This document shows, piece after piece, positions 54,300-64,000 of a DNA stretch of 64,000 nucleotides. Made by a program: the position numbers and the translations under genes. Source of the DNA: Octopus vulgaris. Lineage: Eukaryota. The notes beneath the pieces are model-generated. The model made no database searches. It was not told the origin of the DNA and saw only the letters and a program-made list of their open reading frames with translations. The stretch covers positions 57,536,001 through 57,600,000 of the forward strand of contig OX597823.1 in assembly GCA_951406725.2 (NCBI GenBank). The letters run 5' to 3'. Each line of letters starts with the position of its first letter. The stretch's first letter is position 1.

Positions 54300-54635
54300 G
54301 AGACAGAAAGAAAGAGAGGAGAGAGTGAGAGTTATAAGAAAAAGGGATTAAAACATCTTGGCAGATATCAATATAGCAACCAGTTTAGATAGAATTTGGT
54401 TAACAGTATTTGAACGATTAGACACCAGTAAATGTAAGTAGAATACAGATCCCAGGTAAATCTTCATGTATGACAAGTAACTCCAAATATCCTATGGCAG
54501 AATTTCGAAGAATTCAGAGTATTTGACAACAAAAAATTCGTATAGAGAAAACCACATATTTATAATTGATCTCACCTTATGAAGCCAACAATTGTTTTTG
54601 TTCTATTAACACACACCACACACACGCACACACAT

Positions 54636-54703
<68 letters not shown>

Positions 54704-54809
54704 ACACTCACACACATACACACACTCACACACAAAGAATATATCATTAAAATGAATATTTATATTTCCGAAAAATATGTTAGTACAACTTTATCAAGAC
54801 GAGTCAAAG

Positions 54810-55207
54810 ATAGTCAACATTTTGTTATAACTCTCATGAAAATTCAATAAAATTAATTCAGAAGTAACTATATAATACATTTCTTCCAGGCGAAGATCTC
54901 ACGTAGAATTACCAATATTGTACAATGGTGCATTACTAATAATAAACCATTTTAAATCATACTTAATGTTCCTATCTTTTAAATCCCAAATGCGTTTGCT
55001 AAGATTCGTAGAATTACATTTTCTTTACTTAAATGAATAAGAATGATTATGAAATCTAAATTTCCAAATTGGAGCAGCTGAACCATTGTAATAATACGTA
55101 ATATTTCTTGTTATTACTTTACACTGATAGTCTATATTTTCCCTTAAACACTTATCTGTAAGGGGGCATACAATTTTGATTTTACAATTACACAGGCATA
55201 TATTCAT
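54810..55207 (-). mobile_element. Penelope-like element GIY-YIG endonuclease remnant
   Basis: CNCKIKIVCPLTDKCLRENIDYQCKV..YYYNGSA..WKFRFHNHSYSFK*RKCNSTNLSKRIWDLK..YDLKWFIISNAPLY..*DLRLEEMYYI..LLN: the CNC..CP..C / Y.G / NST.LS..IW.LK / LLN pattern of PLE endonuclease domains, with stops. Confidence 0.8.
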
Positions 55208-55222
55208 TTGTATTATGCATGT

Positions 55223-55266
<44 letters not shown>

Positions 55267-55446
55267 ATACATGTATAATGTACCGTTTCGTGATATAAAA
55301 TTTAAAGAAAAAATACTTTCGCGTTTTCTATATGCTGCTTTCTCACATTCCTCGCGTTGCTTCTCTTATTAAATTTTTCATAGTCAGTTATATGTGGTTT
55401 GAGACCGATGAATATATCTGAGATATTTCTCAGCATATGAAACTAT

Positions 55447-55488
<42 letters not shown>

Positions 55489-55807
55489 TTGCATCCAATG
55501 ACATACTGGCTTAATACCTGGTATTTCTGAAGAATGATGTTCCCTTAAAACAATAGGTATATATCAAACGTATAGTTTATATCCATTTAAAGGAAGAAAA
55601 GTATATGTAGATGACGAAATTAATGATTGTTTATTATTAGCAAATTAGTAATAATAAACAATTATTAACATCCATATTTCCATTTTTCTTTCTTCTTTTA
55701 AATGCGTATAAACTGAATTGCTATATATATGCATATAAATAGATATACATACAAACATATATCCATATATACATATATATAAGATCACAACATACATGTA
55801 CACTGCA

Positions 55808-56131
55808 ACATAATTTCTTTTCCTCAACAGGCCCTGCCCTATTTAACATTGTCCCGAGGGAGATCAAAGAGGAAAAGGATCCCATCAACTTTAAACAGAG
55901 TCTGGATAGATTCCTTCAAAGAATACCAGATAAGCCATCCATAATTGGATACAACTCACCCAACAAGAACTCACTACTTGAACAAAACTGGATACAACTC
56001 ACCCAACAAGAAGTCACTACTTGAACAAAACTTGACTTAAACAGGATTCGAATAATCCTATCAAGTGGTGCTATTAAGTTAGACATGGCCTGGACCAATC
56101 TTTGGTCGAAACATATCTAAGTTTATCTAAG

Positions 56132-56133
<2 letters not shown>
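55808..56133 (+). mobile_element. CR1-like LINE 3' fragment
   Basis: HNFFSSTGPALFNIVPREIKEEKDPINFKQSLDRFLQRIPDKPSIIGYNSPNKNSLLE; internal ~43-bp tandem duplication; UTR ending gaaacatatctaagtttatctaagtt then (TA)n. Confidence 0.8.
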
Positions 56134-56176
<43 letters not shown>

Positions 56177-56347
56177 CTCCCTTGTCAGTCATCATATGCG
56201 CACTACACTGTGGTTAAGAGTTGTTCTGACTCTTATTTCTAACAATGTTGGTGTTGAATAGTACCCTTAGTCACCACCTTAGTGACGTCTATTCTTGTGT
56301 CTTTTGGTTGTAAATTGCGAATAAACCACCTTAAGATACATACGTAC

Positions 56348-56421
<74 letters not shown>

Positions 56422-56865
56422 CGTTACCTTTCTCTCACAGTATCCGTATGTCTTTTTTAATGCAAGCAGTGAATCTGATTCCTGTTTAGGCTGAACTATA
56501 TGAAAGATGGCTAAACCGGAAATCGAACATACATAGGTGATTTGGCCTGTCGACAATTTTAAACCATTCTAAATTGCTTGCGCATACACATCCGCTTACA
56601 GATTTAGTAAGACTCTTCTGTACTCACTGCATACACGCTCTGGTGTGATATTTATGTATATGTATTATTGTGTACGTATGTATGTGTGTAAGTATGTATG
56701 TATGTGTGTGTGTGTATGTGTGTATGTATGTATGTATGTATGCATGCATGTATGTATGCGTGTGTGTGTGTATAAATATACATATTTATATTTATTTTAT
56801 ATATTAATATAGGGTAAAATCATAATAAATTTACCAGATGATCAGTGCAGAAAATGTAACTATGA

Positions 56866-56914
<49 letters not shown>

Positions 56915-56917
56915 CTG

Positions 56918-57133
56918 ATTCTTTATTGCCCACAAGGGGCTAAACATAGAGGAGACAAACGGATTAAGTCGATTACATCGACCCCAGTGCGTAACTGGTA
57001 CTGAATTTATCGACCCCGAAAGGGTGAAAGGCAAAGTCGACCTCGGCGGAATTTGAACTCAGAACGCAACGACAGACGCAATACCGCTAAGCATTTCGCC
57101 CGGTGTGCTAACGTTTCTGCCAGCTCGCCGCCT
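56918..57133 (-). mobile_element. SINE family B monomer in (TA)n
   Basis: attctttattgcccacaaggggct..ctgccagctcgccgcct. Confidence 0.9.
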
Positions 57134-57151
57134 ATATATATATATATATAT

Positions 57152-57522
57152 CAGCAGCTTGCATACCAACCACTTTGTTCCGGGTTCAGTCTCACTGCCT
57201 TGGGCAAGTGTCTTCTGCTATAGTCTCGGGACCCACCAAAGCCTTGAGTGGAATTGGTAGACGGAAACTGAAAAGAGTTCGTCGTATATGTATATGTGTG
57301 TGCGCGTGTGTGTGTATATACATGTCTGTGTATGTGTTTGTTCCCCCTCCCCCATCGCTTGACAACTGATGTTGGTGTGTTTACGTCCCCGTAAACTAGC
57401 GGTTCGGCAAATAGAGCGATAGAATGAGTACTCGGTTTACAAAGAATAATTTGTTCCACTAAAGGCGGTGCTCCAGCATAGCCGCAGTCAAATGACTGAA
57501 ACAAATAAAAGAATAAAAGAAT
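57152..57522 (+). mobile_element. SINE family A
   Basis: ccttgggcaagtgtcttctgc..ggcggtgctccagcatagccgcagtcaaatgactgaaacaaataaaagaataaaag. Confidence 0.88.
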
Positions 57523-57554
57523 ATATATATAATGCTTCCGACTAAATGGTTTCT

Positions 57555-57935
57555 ATATCAGTCCCACTGCGTGGCAACTTGGGCAAGTGTCTTCTACTAT
57601 AGCCTTAGCCAGACCAAAACCTTCTGAGTGGATTTGGTACACGGAAACTAAAAGAAGCCAGTCGTATATATAACTATATGTGTGTGTGTGTGTGTCCACT
57701 CGTGCGCGTGCGTGTATGCATTTGCATGTGTGTCAATTGGGTTTCTGTCCGCCACTACAACTTAACAATCGGTATTTTTGAGCTTACTTTCCAGTACATT
57801 ACCGATTCGTCAAAGAGACCGATAGATTTAATGCCAAGCTTTAAAAAATGACTTCTTGGGTGATTCTTTCGGCTGAAATTCTTTGTAGCAGTGCTCCAGC
57901 ATGACTGCCGTTGGATGATTAAAATATGTAAAAAA
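57555..57935 (+). mobile_element. SINE family A (diverged)
   Basis: cagtcccactgcgtggcaacttgggcaagtgtcttctactatagcc..gtgctccagcatgactgc. Confidence 0.75.
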
Positions 57936-58064
57936 AAGGAAAAAAACATAAAAGATACGCACACACAATCACATACATATATGCGTGTAATATAACGTAT
58001 ATGCATATATGCATGTATATATACATATATATTTGCATACAAACATATATACATATACGTGCAT

Positions 58065-58450
58065 ATTCTTTTATTCTTTCATTTGTTTCCGTCAGTTGAC
58101 TGCAGCCATGCATTTAGTCGAACAAATCGAACCCAAGACTTATTCTTGGTAAGCCTAGTACTTATTTATCGGTCTCTTTTTGCCGAACCGTTAACTTATA
58201 GGGACGTAAACACACTTACATCGGTTGTCAATCGATGGTAGTGGGAGAAACATGCACACAAGCATATACATAAAAATACACATACACGCATATATATATA
58301 CGACAGACTTCTTTCAGTTTCCTCCTACCAAATCCACTCACAAGGCTTTGGTCGGCCCGAGGCTATAACAGAAGACACTTGCCCAATGTGCCATGAAGTG
58401 GGACTGAACCCGCAACCATGTGATATTGGTAAGCCAGCTACTTACCACAC
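58065..58450 (-). mobile_element. SINE family A
   Basis: ttgccgaaccg..cggttgtcaatcg..ctttcagtttcc..ccaaatccactcacaaggctttggtcggcccgaggcta..ctacttaccacac. Confidence 0.85.
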
Positions 58451-58609
58451 ATTCTACACACACACACACGCACACACACACACACACACGCACGCACTTA
58501 CACACACATACATAAATGCAGGGTTACAAATACATTTATAAATAAAATCAGAGATATGTATTCAATTCATATACATGCATATATATAATAATTGTAATCT
58601 ACATAATGC

Positions 58610-58673
<64 letters not shown>

Positions 58674-59607
58674 ATATTGATATATATGCATATATGTATG
58701 TATGTTTATATTAATATATATGCATATATGTACACTTGCGCGAGCATACATCCATAACACGAAAATATTTGCCTAATAAAAATGCAAAAGAAATGTCGAA
58801 CAGTGCATACAGAGCGAAAAATAATTCATATTTTTTAAGTAGCTGAATGAAAACAATGGCTAAAAGAAAGAAAAAGACGGCAAATTTTAAAGCCACAACA
58901 TCCACGCTTACATACAGATTCACATAATTATATTCTTATAGACAAGCGCACAGATATGCAGGGATATATTTACACATTTTCATAAGCACAACGGGAAACA
59001 ACGTATAGCTCTGCATGCTTGCATGTAAACACTGGCGCGTGTATTCGGAAACTAGTTTAAAAAAAAAAAAATTTAATGTTTAAAAGAGAGGCAGACGGAG
59101 TAATGGAGAGAGAGCTAGAAAGAATGAAAGAGAGCGAGAGAGAGAGAGAGAGAGAGAACGAGAGAGAGTAATTCTTAGTATATGTTAATTTCTTTAATGA
59201 GTAGAGTACAAAAGCAAAGCACCGAGGTGAACTGGAAAATAAACAAGTACAACAATAACAACAAAAAACACCAAAAACAATAATAACTAGTTCCACAACA
59301 ATATTAACAGCATTAAACAAAAAAAAAAAAAAGGTACAAAAACCAAACACAAGGCAAAAAAAAATTTCATAAATAAAAAGAAAAATAAAGGAAATAACAA
59401 AGACACATTCAGAAAACTGGCAAATTGACAAAGTGACAGATAAAATGAAGGTTTTTACGAGTCATGTTTCGTGTTGTGTGGCGCCCCAGCTTAAAGCAAC
59501 TTTAAACTGGCAGCTGGTGTTATAATTTCTGCCGATAATTACTGAAGTAGCAACAGACACTTTGGCTTGCTAAAATTACTGTTTGTCTCTTTCTTGCTGG
59601 CTTTCGT

Positions 59608-59742
<135 letters not shown>

Positions 59743-59883
59743 GTCTATCTATCTATCTATCTTTCTTCCTTTCTATATACAACAATCTAAGGTTCTCAGT
59801 TTCTCTATCGCACTCATTCTTTGTATATTTATCTATCTTTCGTCTTGTATACGGGTGCGCCGGCATGCACTCACGCACAAATA

Positions 59884-59931
<48 letters not shown>

Positions 59932-60348
59932 TGCATATACATTCACATACATACATATATACATACATAAACATACTCATATACTCATTCCCATATATGC
60001 TTGTATGTTGTTATACAGGTATATACATACGTTTACTTATATACGTACAGACAACGCACATGCACACATACATTAACTATACGTATATAGATCATATAAA
60101 CAGACATATACATAGGCACACGCGCACACACGCACACACACACGCACACACACTCATATAAGTATGGAAAACGGTCAGGCAGGTACTTCACACCGTATAT
60201 CCAGTATTGCCAAAATTGATAATTTCTCACAAAGAGTGCTCGATAAGTAATTAACCAGAGCCATGGCAGATGTCTATGATGATATAAGGAATATGTGTGT
60301 GCGCCTTTGTGTTTGTTGTGTGTGTATGTATGTATACATGTATATGTA

Positions 60349-60396
<48 letters not shown>

Positions 60397-60550
60397 CGCA
60401 TGCAACTATTAGTATATACATATGTGTGTGAGTGCGCGCGTGTGTGTGTGTGTATATATATATATTCGTATATGTTAAACATAATTTTACTTACATAGTA
60501 CATATATGAATATGTTTATGTGCGCGTTCATAAATACACACATATATACA

Positions 60551-60605
<55 letters not shown>

Positions 60606-60606
<1 letters not shown>

Positions 60607-61154
60607 GGTGGCTGCCCCTCGTTATCGAGTATGGCCATTGCACGAAGCTTAATCAATGTTGTTATCGTGCAATGCCTGTGCAAGAAGATATTTTTTTAAG
60701 TGAGGAAAGGCTGTGCACTGAGTCAATCCCATTCACAAAGCAACAGCAGCCATAATCGGAAAAGAAGAACAAGTCAACATCATCGGTAACCACTGAACCG
60801 CAGGTTTTATGTCGGAGTTATCCCAGTTACCTGAGTTGCCTTCTCCTAGAAGGATGCCCTGACAAAGGCTAGGAGTCCTTCACTCCCAATGGTTTAACTG
60901 CGCGATCGGGTATTAATCCGATTATTTCTATGTCCCCGCGCATGATACAGCTTTAAGACATTAATTAGATGACCGTTGACTCTCAAGAGTTCCTACGCCC
61001 TTTGACGGGTTTTGTTTTTCATCCAGCAGGGTGACCAATAAACACCCTGCTCACCAAGCGAGCTTGGTGGGGTTGCCGGTTTAGTCGCCGACGACCCGAC
61101 CATGCAACAGGTAGTACTGGGTTACATGTTACCAGTAGCACTCGAAAGTGACCT

Positions 61155-61157
<3 letters not shown>
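60606..61157 (-). mobile_element. Probable RTE-derived non-autonomous element (5' UTR-like part joined to 3' tail)
   Basis: Minus-strand 3' end caatggccatactcgataacgaggggcagccacc; 5' part ggcgactaaaccggcaacc..ctaggagaaggcaactc. Both resemble RTE termini from memory. No ORF; flanked by (TA)n. Confidence 0.5.
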
Positions 61158-61206
<49 letters not shown>

Positions 61207-61506
61207 TGAGTACGTATATATGTACATATATACATATATATATATATATAATATATATATATGTATATATATATACATATATACATACGTACATGTACAT
61301 ACATCTATATGTATATACATATATATGCATATGTGAGACAGGACGTCATGAAACGTGTACAACAAAATAATACGAGCACGATTACATGGAACATGAACTA
61401 TTCTTTCGAACAACGAAAGACACAAATGGTAACCAAAACAAACTACAGAAAGAGTGACCCTTCATCAGTAATTGGCTGTTTCTCTAGTCTCGTATTTCGA
61501 ACATTT

Positions 61507-61582
<76 letters not shown>

Positions 61583-61585
<3 letters not shown>

Positions 61586-61845
61586 GAAAGAATGGAGTTG
61601 AACGACGATTTAACAAAATTTCTTTATTCTCGACATATGTTTCGAAGGCTGCATATTCCTAATTTCGAAGGAATAAGGGGTGCATTATGCCGCCTTCTCA
61701 TCAGGAAAGACACACAAATTTCCACACGAAAGCACGTGATCTCTGCCCTTGGCATGTAGCTTCAACCGTGTTTTTCTGACGTGAATTTCCTACCCAGGTA
61801 TCGGTTAAGCGAATTATCCATACTAGGATAATTCATTCAACTACT
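61583..61845 (-). mobile_element. Penelope-pLTR-like or retrozyme-like unit in (TA)n
   Basis: ~260 bp unique segment between (TA)n runs with an intact hammerhead immediately followed by AATAAA on the minus strand. Confidence 0.6.
61627..61709 (-). ncRNA. Type I hammerhead ribozyme, intact core
   Basis: uuuc-CUGAUGA-gaaggc..(inner hairpin uauuccu/aggaaua)..gccuuc-GAAA-CAUAUG-UC-gaga; perfect 6-bp stem II, palindromic ACAUAUGU stem III, canonical GUC. Confidence 0.8.
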
Positions 61846-61893
61846 TATATATATATATATATTTACATATATACGAACACACATACAAAGACA

Positions 61894-61939
<46 letters not shown>

Positions 61940-61944
61940 CTTTT

Positions 61945-62388
61945 ACCATTTACTTGTTTCAGTCATTAGATTGCGGCCGTGTTGGAGCACTGCCTTGATA
62001 GAATTTTAGTCGAATGAATCGACCCCAGTACTTATTTTTTAAATCCTGTTATTTGTTCTATCCAACTTTTCTGCCGATCCGCTATGTTAGAGAAACGTTA
62101 AGCACAACGACACATGTTGTCAAGCGCTGGCGGGGAACAAACGCAGCCATACACACACACACATACACACGTGCGCGCTTGCACACACACACACACACAA
62201 ACACACACATACATACACGCGCGCATGCACACACACACACACACACGCACACATTCACAATTAGTTTCCGTCTCTTCATATCCACTTACAAGGATCTATA
62301 GTAGAAGACACTTGCCCAACGTGTAGTGCAGTGGAACTGAACTCAGAACCATGTGGTTGCAAAGCAACACTTTTACCACACAACCATG
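61945..62388 (-). mobile_element. SINE family A (diverged)
   Basis: ttacttgtttcagtcattagattgcggccgtgttggagcactgcc..ctatagtagaagacacttgcccaa..accatgtggttg. Confidence 0.8.
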
Positions 62389-62779
62389 ATATATATGAGT
62401 ATATGTATGAATGCATTAATGCACACCAATACGGTAACACATACATACATACACACACACACACACATACATATATACATACATTCATACATACATACAT
62501 ACATACAAGCATACATACATACATACATACATTCATACATACATTCATACATACATACATTCATACATACATACATACATACACTCATACATACATACAT
62601 ACATACATACACACACATACATACACACATACATACAAACATACGTACATACATACATACTTACATATACTTTTATACGTATAATGGTATGTGCATATAA
62701 GCTTGTTTGTGTATATATATATATATATATATATACACGCGACTATACACATGTCTATCTCTCACTGTAGTTTTACATT

Positions 62780-63279
62780 CTTACACTCTGCGCAACAACG
62801 TTCACAAGCACCATCTTCACAACGCCGTAGATTCACCACTATAACCGCCATCATCCCCATCAAGACCAGCTGGAGCACCATCACAAATACCAACAAAAAC
62901 AACAACAGCAGCAGCAGCAGCGTCAATTAATAGCAACAATAACTGATGCTTTATGTTTTGTTACATCAGATTTTATTTTTACTTTCGTGTATTTTTACTA
63001 CTATTTATAGTTATAATCATCATCACCATCATCATAACCTTCTTCTTCTTCATCGTAATCATCATCATCAGTAGCAGCAGCAGCAGCAGCAGTAGCAGAA
63101 GCAGTTGCAGCAGCAGTAGCAGCAGCAGTAGCAGTAGCAGCAACAGCACCAACATCAACAGCACCATCACCTCCTCCCTGACTCAATTATCACGATTGAC
63201 CATCATCAGCATCAGCCGCAACATCACCGTCACCACCATCATCATAATGATGATCATCGCCACCATCATCGTCGTCGTT

Positions 63280-63346
<67 letters not shown>

Positions 63347-63730
63347 ACATCATCATCATCATCATCATCAACATCATCATCATCATCATCATCATCCTCA
63401 CTAGACACAGTCTATAAGTGTACATTGTAATCAATAAAAAAAAACCTATTTTTTCTATTCCGGTATTATTTAGTTTGTTTACTATGGTTTATTGTTGTTG
63501 TTGTTGCTGTTGTTTGTAGCTGTTGGTTGTTGATGTTTTTGTTGTTATTGTTGTCGGTGTCGGTCGATGATATTGTTGCCTCGGTTGATGTTGCTGTTTT
63601 TGCACTCATTGTTGCTTGTTGGTTATTTTAGTCGTGTTAGTGGTGTTACCCCAGCTAAATTGTGGCTGTTGATAGAATAGCAGCAGCAGCAGCAGCAGTA
63701 GCTCAACTAATAGTAGTAATTGTAGTAGTT
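62780..63730. repeat. Compound trinucleotide region (CAG/CAT/GTT)
   Basis: Drifting cag, cat and gtt runs. Confidence 0.9.
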
Positions 63731-63854
63731 GCTCCAATTGTTTTTTGTTTTAATTTTTGTACTTGTAGTTCGAAATCCGCCATGACGGTCCATTTTTCAG
63801 ATCGACTCACTTTCAGTTGGACCATTCTGTTTAATTTTTCAATTCCTTTTTACA

Positions 63855-64000
63855 GGCGCAGGAGTGGCTGTGTGGTAAGTAGCTTGCTAACCAACCACAT
63901 GGTTCCGGGTTCAGTCCCACTGCGTGGCATCTTGGGCAAGTGTCTTCTGCTATAGCCCCGGGCCGACCAATGCCTTGTGAGTGGATTTGGTAGACGGAAA
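63855..64000 (+). mobile_element. SINE family A (young, cut by window end)
   Basis: ggcgcaggagtggctgtgtggtaagtagcttgct..gggttcagtcccactgcgtggcatcttgggcaagtgtc. Confidence 0.92.

Noticed and set aside
61445-61505. Hammerhead candidate (minus-strand GAAAC..CUGAUGA)
   Set aside because: Core boxes are present but no consistent stems or NUH triplet in any topology.

Overview
AT-rich eukaryotic intergenic or intronic DNA, dominated by microsatellites ((TA)n, (CA)n, (TATG)n, (TATC)n, (AAT)n, (GAT)n, (GAA)n) and interspersed repeats. The repeat landscape looks like an Octopus (coleoid cephalopod) genome; this is recognition only, not verified. I find no supportable host protein-coding gene, and almost all listed ORFs are microsatellite or SINE read-throughs. 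I label four recurrent non-autonomous families A-D (my labels). There are decayed 3' fragments of autonomous retroelements: two CR1-like, one R4/Dong-like with a restriction-like endonuclease, one or two Tx1/L1-like, and one Penelope-like GIY-YIG. An RTE-like non-autonomous element and mariner- and Tc2-like MITEs are also present. Main observations: (1) several type I hammerhead ribozymes, one in the 3' part of a tRNA-headed element; (2) three SINE-LINE 3'-tail matches visible within the window (A with CR1-like, B with Tx1-like, D weakly with R4/Dong-like); (3) one central SINE module carrying at least four different tails that all begin after the same hairpin; (4) SINE B multimers bounded by single target-site duplications. 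Coordinates of degenerate copies are approximate.
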